A stretch of 64,000 bases of DNA, taken from Flavobacteriales bacterium (GTDB lineage Bacteria; Bacteroidota; Bacteroidia; Flavobacteriales_E; Vicingaceae). Shown in pieces: positions 38,400-47,751 of this stretch. The DNA lies in contig JAPHUD010000031.1 in assembly GCA_026196775.1 (NCBI GenBank), forward strand, positions 4,291 to 68,290, written 5' to 3'. Each line of letters begins with the position of its first letter. Within the stretch, counting starts at the first letter, position 1. A program made the position numbers and the translations under genes. Under the pieces are notes generated by a model. That model saw only the letters and a list, made by a program, of their open reading frames with translations, was not told where the DNA came from and did no database searches.

Positions 38400-39908
38400 T
38401 TAATTGCTAATAATTAATTTATGTGCTTCAATAAGCTTGTTTTTACTATAAAATTGCACACTATAAATTCCTGATGAAAATTTTTCAAAATTAATTTGCA
38501 ATAATTCTTTATTTAAGACATTTGCTTCGTAAACAGTTTGTCCATAAATAGTTGTAATTAATATTTTTTCTGCTTCAATGTTAGATATATCAAAGTTGGC
38601 AAAAGAAGTAGAGGGATTGGGGAAAATAAGCACCTTTTTTTCAGAATCAGGTTTCCAAGAGGTTAAGTCATCTATTTTTAAAGGCATAAAATCATTTATA
38701 GTATCTAAAGTAAATTGATGATTAGTAACAACAGTATCAATTTCAATAAGCATTACATCTTCAAGACCATTCCCATAACTTTTTGTAAACCCTGCAATTT
38801 TTAAGGCTTCATTAGGTTCTAACAAAATACTTTTACTTTCTTCCTCTTTAGTACCTCCAAAAGTAGAAGAACTACCACCCCAAAAACCTCCCGGTGTAAT
38901 TAAAAACACCAAGGCATCTTTTCCACCATTTCCGGCAGCGGCTGTATGTCCGGTATTAAAAAAGTTGCCATTAGCCAATTCCACCAAGTCATAAATAACT
39001 TCTTCACCAATATTTCCAAAATAATTTCCCCAAATAGCATTACCGCTACTGTCGGTTCTAATCATGTAAAAGTCTTTATCGTTATTTGGGGTAAAACTAG
39101 TGGTTACTCCTCCTAAAACATAATTTCCATTAGCTGTTTCTATAACTGTATTGGCTTCTTCATAACCTGAAGGACCAAAAGCAATATCCCAAATTAAACT
39201 GCCTGTAGCAGTCAGTTTTATCATATACATTTGAACAGAGTCTGTTAAGGTAGTTGTCATTCCTACCACTACAATACTACTATCAGTCGTTTCCATAATG
39301 CTGTTTCCCCTGTCAACTAATGTTCCTCCAATAGTTTTAGTCCAAAGAGTATCCCCTAAGCTATTTGTTTTAACAATATACACATCCGATTCTCCATTGG
39401 TATTATTGTAGGTCTCTCCACAAAAAGCAAAGCCACTGTCAGCAGTTTGAACAACATCATAAACTAAATCCCAGTCATTTCCTCCGTAGATGTTGTGCCA
39501 TTGAGTTACTCCTAAACTATCGGTTTTTATTAATCGGGCATTATAATCGCCATTTACCCCAAAACTATTAGTAGTTGAGGCTATAATAAACCCTTTATCA
39601 AAAGTTTCCTTAACCGCATACCCCCAGTCGTTGTTATTACCACCCATTGCCCAACTCCAAACAACATTAATTTGAGAGTCAAGTTTTAGCAAATAAACAT
39701 CTGTATTTCCTGAAGTATTACTGGTAGTAGAACCAACTAGCACATAACCTCCATCAACAGTAGCAATTATTTCTTCTGCTTTATCTATTCCTGCACCGCC
39801 AATAGCATATAAATGAGCAAGCGTATCTTTTTGAGATAATCCGACCAAGGGTAGAAGTAAAAATAATATGTTGATTAGTTTGTACATTTTTATAATTAAC
39901 CTAAACAA
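38400..39908 (-). CDS. T9SS cargo protein with repetitive propeller-like units and a type-A C-terminal sorting domain
   Basis: Signal peptide (an alternative start at MYKLINILFLLLPLVGLSQ is possible). Repeated D-G-G-Y...G-x-T...D-x-Y-L-I-K units. CTD: IFPNPSTSFANFDI...YSVQFYSKNKLIEAHKLIISN. Confidence 0.75.
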   Translation of the reverse strand: MFRLIIKMYKLINILFLLLPLVGLSQKDTLAHLYAIGGAGIDKAEEIIATVDGGYVLVGSTTSNTSGNTDVYLLKLDSQINVVWSWAMGGNNNDWGYAVKETFDKGFIIASTTNSFGVNGDYNARLIKTDSLGVTQWHNIYGGNDWDLVYDVVQTADSGFAFCGETYNNTNGESDVYIVKTNSLGDTLWTKTIGGTLVDRGNSIMETTDSSIVVVGMTTTLTDSVQMYMIKLTATGSLIWDIAFGPSGYEEANTVIETANGNYVLGGVTTSFTPNNDKDFYMIRTDSSGNAIWGNYFGNIGEEVIYDLVELANGNFFNTGHTAAAGNGGKDALVFLITPGGFWGGSSSTFGGTKEEESKSILLEPNEALKIAGFTKSYGNGLEDVMLIEIDTVVTNHQFTLDTINDFMPLKIDDLTSWKPDSEKKVLIFPNPSTSFANFDISNIEAEKILITTIYGQTVYEANVLNKELLQINFEKFSSGIYSVQFYSKNKLIEAHKLIISN

Positions 39909-39914
39909 AGATAC

Positions 39915-41186
39915 TTAAAAAAGTGCTTTAATCCCTAAAAAGCCACTATTGGCAAATGTTGATTTTGGGACAACATAAGCGTTTAAATTATTGGTTCCTA
40001 CACACAATTGAATTTTATTTTTAATATTTACAGCAGTAGAAAGTCCAATATTTAGTTTCCCGTAACCCCCATAAGAAAGATGTAATTGACTTAAAAAATT
40101 GGAAGAAAAATAATAAGTGGTATTGGTATAAATATAAGGAAAATAATTGGCTAACAATCGGTTAAAAACTCCAAACTCTGCTTTCCATTTTTGATTAAAT
40201 GTTTTAGTATAACTTATATTAACAGTTGTCGGTAAAGCAATTCCATAACTGTCTTGTTTTTTAGAGGTGTAAATATTATCTAACAACGAATCTTGAGAAA
40301 TGCTGTTGGTAATAGAATCATTGATATCAAAAATAGAGTTGACTTCCATTCCATCATAATGAAAGGTTTTATCTGCTTTATATTCTAATGCTTTTTTAGA
40401 CATTCTGATAAAGCCAATATCATTAATCTCCACATGGAATTTATCTCCATTTTTTAGTGCAAAATCTTTATAAATCTGTGTAGCAATACCATACCCATTA
40501 AATGCTGAAAGATTATTTTTTGAAGTATCTGTTTGATTAAACGCATAATTTACAGTTAAGTCAATATATTTTCCATCTTCTTCCGTAAATAAACTTCCTG
40601 TTGGAATAGTTAATGCAATATGTTCTTGAGCTTTTATAATGCCTACATTGAAGCCTTCTAATAAAACTACTCCATGTTTTTTGGTAATGGCATTGATGCC
40701 AAAATAAATTTTTTGATAAGCAAAATAATTCATATTGGTTCCTGAAAGAATTGCTTCTTCACCTGCAAATTGTTTGTTCCCATCAAAAGCAAGCTTAAAT
40801 AAATCTTCAGTAAAAACTACATCAATATGTTCGACATGACTAACCCCAACGGTTAATGCCATGTTGGTTTTTTTAAAAAGAGTATCAACAGGAATAGTAG
40901 CATTTACATTAAAAGTTAAATCTCCTCCCAGCCTATTGTTATCTGAATTGAGTTTATTATAAGCATTGTTTTTCATGCTTCTGTCTATTTTTCCTCCGTA
41001 AATAAACTTATTCATAAAATCATTATTCATTACCGATGATCCATAAATAAAACCTGCTTCAGTACTAAAAGAAAGGCGTTGTATAGAGTCTTGAAAATAG
41101 TGAGTATTATATTGAGCTTGAGAGCTCTCAAAAAACAATATTGTGGTTATTATTAATATTAAAAACCGCATCATATTATTTAGCAT
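39915..41186 (-). CDS. Outer-membrane beta-barrel-like hypothetical protein
   Basis: Signal peptide ...FFESSQAQ, beta-strand-rich sequence, and a C-terminal ...GFLGIKALF. The start overlaps the upstream stop by 11 nt; if Met5 is used instead, it lies 1 nt downstream of that stop. Confidence 0.55.
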   Translation of the reverse strand: MLNNMMRFLILIITTILFFESSQAQYNTHYFQDSIQRLSFSTEAGFIYGSSVMNNDFMNKFIYGGKIDRSMKNNAYNKLNSDNNRLGGDLTFNVNATIPVDTLFKKTNMALTVGVSHVEHIDVVFTEDLFKLAFDGNKQFAGEEAILSGTNMNYFAYQKIYFGINAITKKHGVVLLEGFNVGIIKAQEHIALTIPTGSLFTEEDGKYIDLTVNYAFNQTDTSKNNLSAFNGYGIATQIYKDFALKNGDKFHVEINDIGFIRMSKKALEYKADKTFHYDGMEVNSIFDINDSITNSISQDSLLDNIYTSKKQDSYGIALPTTVNISYTKTFNQKWKAEFGVFNRLLANYFPYIYTNTTYYFSSNFLSQLHLSYGGYGKLNIGLSTAVNIKNKIQLCVGTNNLNAYVVPKSTFANSGFLGIKALF

Positions 41187-42777
41187 TTACAGTATATGAA
41201 AAATCTCCAACTACTTTTAAATCCAACTCGTAATCCTCATAAATTTTAATAAACTGTGGTTGACCTAACGTAGTAAAACTTACATTGATTAAAATGTTTT
41301 TTGTATTGTATAAATGAGTAATATCTTGCTCGGAAAGCTGAAAAACTACTTTAGAAGATTTTTTAGTTGTAGCTCTTAGATTACTATTTAAAGGAGCTGC
41401 CAATATATTTCCTGATGGGTTTATGGCAACTAACTGATTGTTGGAAGCGTCTAATAAACTTAGTGAAATAGTTGCATCAAAAGGAAAGCCGTTTTCTGCA
41501 TAAAGAATTAAATCTCCATCTATAATATTTCCTTTATTTTCATCACTTAAATTAATTTCGGTAGTATCGGTTAAGGTAAGTTGATTAGCAATTAAAGACA
41601 AAGGAAATTCTACATTTAAGTTTGTTTTTAATGGATGTTTTTTGAAAACAAAATCATTGTTACCGGAGATATTACCAAGGGGATTGATGTGTAAAGAAAT
41701 ATCATAAACCAATTCGTTGGGAAAAAGTTCTATCATTTGATCGATGTTAGAGTTCGCGGTGGTAATAGCAGTTGTATGTGTAGTATAATTTACTTCCGGA
41801 ACACTAAAGGTTCGTTGGGCTCTATTAATGTTCATAGCATTTCCAATAATAGTATGATTTAAAGCACTATTGGTAGATGTATTAGTATTTACAGCTTCTA
41901 ACTGATTAATGGTTAATCGGGCATCTACGCCAATACCATTTTCAAAAGTTAAGTTTACATTCACTTGATCTAAATCTAAGGTTCCTCCGCTTATTCTATT
42001 AAATACATCAAAAGTCGTGCTTTCTGGTCCAAAACGAAATTGTTGATTCCCAAAATATCCTCTTACAAAAGCAGGAACAACATCAACCAATTTATTGGTA
42101 ATGGCTATTTCTTGTCCGGCACTTACTAATACAGACTGAGCGGCATTGGTGTCAACTACAGCAACAGCTCTTGTAACAAAGGTATTTACTTTATTATTAT
42201 TTATACCTGTAAGATTTAGTTCATAATCGCTAATATCGATTCGAGTAGTAAAATACCCAGGCTGAGAACCATTTCCGGCAGGAATTAATTCTGTAAGTAC
42301 TAAAGTGTCTCCATTTTTTGTAGCTGTTGGTATAGTATAAGTTACAATAATTTGCTCTTGAATTTCACTCCAAATTTCTAATTCTATAAAACCAGATTCT
42401 ATAAGTGCATAATTCAATTGAACATTATTGGTTACATTAAGCGTAACTTCTCTATCAACACTATAAAAAGCATCTCCAGGCGCAGCTAGTACAGACAGAG
42501 ACATAGGAAAAACTTCATTAATAGTAGTATCCGGAATTCTAAATAAAGAATCCATATCCACATCAAAAATAGATGTTTCATATACTACTTTTAAAGAAGT
42601 GTCAGGATTGGTTTGCAGTACCGAATCCGGAAGTAAATCACCTATGTTTAAAGAGGTTTTAACTAAAGGAGCTAATAAGTCTACATCCCATTCAGGTTGT
42701 TCAAAATCTTTTCTGCATGAAAACAACACCAAAACAAGTGTTAAAAAGAGTACTATTTTCTTGCTGATTTTTTGCAT
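41176..42777 (-). CDS. Hypothetical lipoprotein, 533 aa
   Basis: Lipobox LVLFSCRKD. Beta-rich, with no motif I recognise. Confidence 0.6.
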   Translation of the reverse strand: MQKISKKIVLFLTLVLVLFSCRKDFEQPEWDVDLLAPLVKTSLNIGDLLPDSVLQTNPDTSLKVVYETSIFDVDMDSLFRIPDTTINEVFPMSLSVLAAPGDAFYSVDREVTLNVTNNVQLNYALIESGFIELEIWSEIQEQIIVTYTIPTATKNGDTLVLTELIPAGNGSQPGYFTTRIDISDYELNLTGINNNKVNTFVTRAVAVVDTNAAQSVLVSAGQEIAITNKLVDVVPAFVRGYFGNQQFRFGPESTTFDVFNRISGGTLDLDQVNVNLTFENGIGVDARLTINQLEAVNTNTSTNSALNHTIIGNAMNINRAQRTFSVPEVNYTTHTTAITTANSNIDQMIELFPNELVYDISLHINPLGNISGNNDFVFKKHPLKTNLNVEFPLSLIANQLTLTDTTEINLSDENKGNIIDGDLILYAENGFPFDATISLSLLDASNNQLVAINPSGNILAAPLNSNLRATTKKSSKVVFQLSEQDITHLYNTKNILINVSFTTLGQPQFIKIYEDYELDLKVVGDFSYTVNAK

Positions 42778-42796
42778 ACGTAAATTTAAAAATTGC

Positions 42797-45355
42797 TTAC
42801 TGCTTTATAAACCTACCAACAATTGTATTATTGTTTTTATCGGTAATCTTATAAATAAAGTGTCCTGAAGGTAAATTGTCGACTTCAACCGTAGTGATAG
42901 ATGTATTAATATTTTTAGTAGTAACTATAGCTCCAAAGATATTGTAGATTTCTAATGTTCCTTCTAATAAGTTAGTTTCAAAATGAATGATATTATTTGT
43001 TGGGTTTGGGTAAGCATTTACAACAATATTTGTTTTTTGATTTAATGTTGTAATACTATTTATAATTATATTATTGCAAGCACTAGTATCACTACAGCCA
43101 TTTTTGGATATAATAACAGCATAATTTCCTGAAAAAGAAGGGGCATAAAAACTATTTGTTTCACCAGTTATTAAAGTACTATCTTCACAATTTAACCATT
43201 GGTAAGTAGCGCCTATTTGATTTGAAAATAGAGTGTCATTTTGTATAATAACAGATGTATCTAACACTATAATAGTTAAATTAATAGTCATAGCACTATC
43301 GCAACCAGTACCAATTGATGGGACAGTATCTAAGTAAGTTCCTGTTTGATAGTACATTTTTCCAGCGATGTAAATAGTGTCACCTTCGCAACCAATGTGA
43401 TTAATAGTTGTATCAACAGGTTGAATGATAGTAAGGTTTGTTGTTACTATACTGTCTGTATTGTTTATGTTTGTTAGGGTATCAACATAAGTGCCTGTTG
43501 CTCCATAAGTACTGGTTCCTACAGTTACGCTATCTCCTAAACATGCAGAAAGTGATTGAGTAGTGCCAACACCTAAGAAAGCAAATGTATAAATAGAGCT
43601 ATTGCTCACTGTATTATTCGATTGTGCATTTCCTGCATTATTAACTGTACAAGTTCCATTAATAGTTGAAGGGACATCATTCCATACAGTACCATCCCAC
43701 TTAGCAAGAGATAAAATACTGCAATTGGTAATTCCACTATATGCTGCATCTTCCCAGTGAAGTGTAAGTTGTACATTATCAGTAGTATTAAACTTATTTA
43801 ATTCCCAATATTCCGTATTGCTTACGTTTGATATAGGTGCATTAACAGGAGTAAGCGAACTATAAGGTGCATCAAAATATTCAGCAACAAACTCACTGTT
43901 TATATTTGTAGGAGCTGAAATAGCCATTCTTCTCCATAATGTATTTTTACCTATTGGATAAACAAAAGCATCATTTCCAACTTTTTTAAACGGACCATCA
44001 ACAAAGCTAGAATCATTCCCTAACGTTGAGGTAGCATTATCTATTAATGTAATTAAATTGGTTGATGAGCTAATAAGTTTTCCGCTAGTAAGTGTTAAGC
44101 TATTGTTCACTTGAATGTTTTGATTTAACGTAATTCCTGTTGAGGCATGATTTATAACCAAATCATAAAAAGTAGTTGATGATGGCCCTGAAATTTGTTG
44201 TGCTGTAGTTCCATTAAGGTTTACTGTATTGCTATTATGAATATAAGCACCATTATTAGTTATATCTCCTTTAATGCTAATACTTGTAGGAGCAACATGG
44301 TTCAGTGTAACGGCATTGTTTATCGCTATGCTATGAAAATCGTAAACACCCGTGCCTTGTAAAGTGGTATTTCCATTAATCGTTATGGTAGAAAAATAGC
44401 CGTAAAAAACCCCTGTATTATTCCAAGTAGTAGGAGTATTTATTGAAAATGTACAAGCTCCAACCTGAGTAATCGTATCTGTTACTTGTATAGTTTCGAT
44501 TAAACTTCCATTAAATTGCACATTGGCAATTCCACTAATGATTAAATACATGTTTACTGTACTTCCAGCCATATTAATAATATCTCCATTTATTGTAGTA
44601 TTACCTGATAACAACCGCATTTTCGGACTTCCACTTCCTGGTGCAGCACCAAACCAAAATACATCACCTGTGGTTAAGGTTCCACCATCCATAAAAAAAG
44701 TAGGGGTATAATTACCCACTTCATTTTCAAGGCTAATTTCATTTCCTACGGTTACATCTCCATTTATTAAGAAAAACAAACTCGATTGGTTAGCATTTCC
44801 ATCTGTAATAGCAAGTGTTTCGGTAATGTTTATGGTGCCACCAGTAACATTACATTGAGCTCCTAACTCAACAATAAAACGTTGTCCTACATTTATATTA
44901 CCACCGCTAATGCTAACTGTAGTGTTATCTCCAGCAATAAATCGTTGGTCAACATTTAATGTTCCACCAGAAATTGTTGCTACAGCACTTAAATCAATTA
45001 TTAACCTACCGCTATTTCCCGGACCAACATTTACTACCCCCGACTGAATAGTCATCATCGAATTTACATCTAAAATTTCAATATCTGCAGTTGTGGTTAA
45101 ATTAGCTTGAACTGTAAGTTGTCCGCCATTTTGTATGGTAATGTCATTTGGAGTAAATACAGAATTTACCGCAATAATTGGCGTTGCAGCATTTCCAGTA
45201 TAATTTGTTGGGTCAATTACAATACTTGCTCCATTAAGTGGCCAATTAGACCAGTTAGCAGAATTGTTCCAATCAGCATCAACATTCCCTGTCCAGTTTT
45301 GAGCAAAAAGAGCAGTAGAACATAATAAAATTAAGGTTGTTGTAAAAAGTTTCAT
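42797..45355 (-). CDS. Large T9SS cargo protein (parallel-beta-helix-like N-terminal region, Cys-containing repeats, type-A CTD)
   Basis: Signal peptide. Gly/Asn/Thr-rich repeats with G-G-T-L/I-N-V motifs. GCDS...LTII repeats. CTD: AYPNPTNNIIHFET...GHFIYKITDKNNNTIVGRFIKQ. Confidence 0.75.
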   Translation of the reverse strand: MKLFTTTLILLCSTALFAQNWTGNVDADWNNSANWSNWPLNGASIVIDPTNYTGNAATPIIAVNSVFTPNDITIQNGGQLTVQANLTTTADIEILDVNSMMTIQSGVVNVGPGNSGRLIIDLSAVATISGGTLNVDQRFIAGDNTTVSISGGNINVGQRFIVELGAQCNVTGGTINITETLAITDGNANQSSLFFLINGDVTVGNEISLENEVGNYTPTFFMDGGTLTTGDVFWFGAAPGSGSPKMRLLSGNTTINGDIINMAGSTVNMYLIISGIANVQFNGSLIETIQVTDTITQVGACTFSINTPTTWNNTGVFYGYFSTITINGNTTLQGTGVYDFHSIAINNAVTLNHVAPTSISIKGDITNNGAYIHNSNTVNLNGTTAQQISGPSSTTFYDLVINHASTGITLNQNIQVNNSLTLTSGKLISSSTNLITLIDNATSTLGNDSSFVDGPFKKVGNDAFVYPIGKNTLWRRMAISAPTNINSEFVAEYFDAPYSSLTPVNAPISNVSNTEYWELNKFNTTDNVQLTLHWEDAAYSGITNCSILSLAKWDGTVWNDVPSTINGTCTVNNAGNAQSNNTVSNSSIYTFAFLGVGTTQSLSACLGDSVTVGTSTYGATGTYVDTLTNINNTDSIVTTNLTIIQPVDTTINHIGCEGDTIYIAGKMYYQTGTYLDTVPSIGTGCDSAMTINLTIIVLDTSVIIQNDTLFSNQIGATYQWLNCEDSTLITGETNSFYAPSFSGNYAVIISKNGCSDTSACNNIIINSITTLNQKTNIVVNAYPNPTNNIIHFETNLLEGTLEIYNIFGAIVTTKNINTSITTVEVDNLPSGHFIYKITDKNNNTIVGRFIKQ

Positions 45356-45401
45356 TGTAATTAGTAATGGTTTTAATGTAGCGAAGTTACTATATTTTTA
45401 G

Positions 45402-46166
45402 TTAGCTGTTTTTGTTCAAATAAAAACTATTAGCTTGAGCCAGTGATGTAACCACTAAATCATTTATACAAAGATGTGGGGGAAGGGTAGCTGCAAAATA
45501 AATCAATGATGCGATATCTTCTGCCGTCATAGGCTGATAACCTTTGTAAATATTTTTGGCTTTTTCTTTATCTCCATGGAAACGAACCTCTGAAAATTCT
45601 GTTTCGGCAGCTCCCGGACAAATTTGTGTTACTTTAATTCCATGCTGCAATAAATCTATCCGCATGCTTTTTGATATAGCATCAACAGCATGTTTGGTAG
45701 CACAATAAACATTACCGTTTAAATAAACTTCTTTCCCCGCTGTTGAACCAATATTAATGATATGACCAGATTTATTAGCTATCATTATTGGCATAATGGC
45801 TTTAGAAAGATATAACAACCCCTTTACATTGGTATCTATCATTTTCTCCCAATCATCAATCTCACCATCTTGAATTAGTCCTAAACCACTTGCCAATCCT
45901 GCATTATTTACTAAATAATCAATTTTTTTCCAAGGTTCATCTAAAGATAATATGGCTGTTTCCACTGCTTTTTGGTCTCTAATATCAAAGCAAAGTGGTA
46001 ACACCTCAACCCTACATTGCTCAGATAAATCTTTGGCAATTTTTAAAAGCCTGTCTTCTCTTCTACCAGTAATAATTAAATTGTAATTGTTTTTTGCAAA
46101 AATTTCGGCCGTAGCTTTGCCAAAACCACTTGTTGCTCCAGATATTAGTACTATTTTTTTTGTCAT
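45402..46166 (-). CDS. Short-chain dehydrogenase/reductase (YdfG-like, NADP-dependent)
   Basis: GATSGFG cofactor motif, NNAG, and catalytic YCATKHA. Confidence 0.88.
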   Translation of the reverse strand: MTKKIVLISGATSGFGKATAEIFAKNNYNLIITGRREDRLLKIAKDLSEQCRVEVLPLCFDIRDQKAVETAILSLDEPWKKIDYLVNNAGLASGLGLIQDGEIDDWEKMIDTNVKGLLYLSKAIMPIMIANKSGHIINIGSTAGKEVYLNGNVYCATKHAVDAISKSMRIDLLQHGIKVTQICPGAAETEFSEVRFHGDKEKAKNIYKGYQPMTAEDIASLIYFAATLPPHLCINDLVVTSLAQANSFYLNKNS

Positions 46167-46188
46167 AAAATTATCAAATTGAAAGTAG

Positions 46189-46196
46189 CAAAGGTA
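46189..46196 (-). promoter_or_regulatory. -7 box TAccTTTG for the SDR gene
   Basis: The + strand reads caaaggta, 22 nt upstream of ATG 46166. Confidence 0.35.
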
Positions 46197-46319
46197 ATAA
46201 TAGTTTAGTTTGTTATTAATTGCTGATTATTTGTTATTGATTACCAGCTTTTTAATTAAGAGATTGTTTTTTAATCTTAGAATTAAATTTTTATTATTTG
46301 TAGTCTAACAAAATAATGT

Positions 46320-46327
46320 TAGTTTTG
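46320..46327 (+). promoter_or_regulatory. -7 box TAgtTTTG about 220 nt upstream of the PAS-SpoIIE gene and 15 nt upstream of a 38-codon sORF
   Basis: tagttttg read directly from the sequence. I see no other TAnnTTTG match between here and 46547. Confidence 0.35.
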
Positions 46328-46342
46328 CCACCTGAAATTCTT

Positions 46343-46459
46343 ATGAAGACACAATTAAATATCGCTAACTTTTCTATTTTTTCTCCAATTTATTGGGGGC
46401 GAATGTGTCATTATATGCCTATTATTTCAATTTTCCATCCTTGGACAATTAATAGGTAA
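46343..46459 (+). CDS. Candidate small ORF (38 aa), MKTQLNIANFSIFSPIYWGRMCHYMPIISIFHPWTINR
   Basis: ATG 46343 to TAA 46457-46459. Below the ORF-track size cut-off. It lies directly behind a -7 box in an otherwise unexplained 380-nt spacer. There is no homology evidence. Confidence 0.2.
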   Translation: MKTQLNIANFSIFSPIYWGRMCHYMPIISIFHPWTINR

Positions 46460-46546
46460 TACCACATTGCTTTAGAGCAAAAACAACAATCAATTTTTAT
46501 TTTTTTATTTACAAGGTCAAGTTTTCGACCAAAAATCATATTCGTT

Positions 46547-47707
46547 ATGTCGTTAATAACAGACACTATATTAGAACAACTTAATAGTTTAATAGTTGTA
46601 GTAAATCAATCAGGAAGCGTGGAATATGTTAGTCCATCAGCAAAAAGAATTTTAGGCTTTGAACCCGAGCAATTATTAGGAGAAGGCTGGTGGAATTTAA
46701 CCCGTGATGATACTGAAGAAAGATTAAGTATTAAATCGCTAGCACTAAAACAGCTTCAACAAGAATCTTTAACAGAAATGGTTCCTTATGAGCGATTACT
46801 AAAAACCGCAACAGGTCGAGATTGCTGGGTATTATGGAATATTTCTAAAAGTATTGATAATAAATTGGTTGGAATAGGACACAACATTACAGACAGAAAA
46901 AAAGCAGAACAAGAATTGCTTGAAAAAAATGTTGAGTTGCTGCAACACAATAAAGATATGTTGGATAGTATTCAATATGCTAGTAAAATTCAAGAAGCCA
47001 TTTTGCCTGATGTACAGAAAATTAAAAACACTTTTCAGGATGCTTTTGTTTTATACCAACCAAAAGATGTGGTTAGTGGGGATTATTATTTTTTCTATCA
47101 GAAAGAAAACAAAGCTTTTGTTGTGGCGGTAGATTGTACCGGACACGGAGTTCCTGGGGCATTAATGAGTTTTATTGCCAACGGAATTTTAAAAGAGGTA
47201 ATTATTAAAAAAGGATTGGAAGATCCTGCTGAAATTTTATATGCTTTAGATGAAGAGCTGTTTTTGGCTTTAAATAAAAACTCACAAAATGCTGTAACAA
47301 ACGATGGAATGGACATTTCTATAGGCGTTTATGATTTTGCAGAACAAACCTTTTCATACTCAGGAGCTTTTCGTCCGTTATTATTAGTAAGAGAAGGAAG
47401 TATAATTGAGTTGGAAGCAAATCGCTACCCAATAGGCTTTTATGCTGATGTTGAAAAAAAGTTTGTTACTCAAACCATATTCATGCAGCAAAATGATGTT
47501 TTTTATTATTTTACAGATGGTTATTGTGATCAGTTTGGAGGCGAGCGAAAGAAAAAATTTAACCGAAAGCAATTTAAAGAACTGTTGTTGGCTGCACAAA
47601 CAATGGAAATGGAAGAACAAGAAGCTTATTTACAATATGTATTGCTCAACTGGAGACAAGAAGAACCTCAAGTGGACGATATTTTAGTAATAGGAATTAA
47701 GGTTTAG
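46547..47707 (+). CDS. PAS-domain SpoIIE/PP2C-family protein phosphatase
   Basis: N-terminal PAS (VVVNQSGSVEYVSPSAKRILGFEPEQLLGEGWW). C-terminal SpoIIE domain (SGDYYFF, VAVDCTGHGVPGALMS, TDGYCDQFGG, DDILVIGI). Confidence 0.85.
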   Translation: MSLITDTILEQLNSLIVVVNQSGSVEYVSPSAKRILGFEPEQLLGEGWWNLTRDDTEERLSIKSLALKQLQQESLTEMVPYERLLKTATGRDCWVLWNISKSIDNKLVGIGHNITDRKKAEQELLEKNVELLQHNKDMLDSIQYASKIQEAILPDVQKIKNTFQDAFVLYQPKDVVSGDYYFFYQKENKAFVVAVDCTGHGVPGALMSFIANGILKEVIIKKGLEDPAEILYALDEELFLALNKNSQNAVTNDGMDISIGVYDFAEQTFSYSGAFRPLLLVREGSIIELEANRYPIGFYADVEKKFVTQTIFMQQNDVFYYFTDGYCDQFGGERKKKFNRKQFKELLLAAQTMEMEEQEAYLQYVLLNWRQEEPQVDDILVIGIKV

Positions 47708-47751
47708 AACATAATCGTTATGCATAACAAAAAATGAGTTAATTTTACCGC

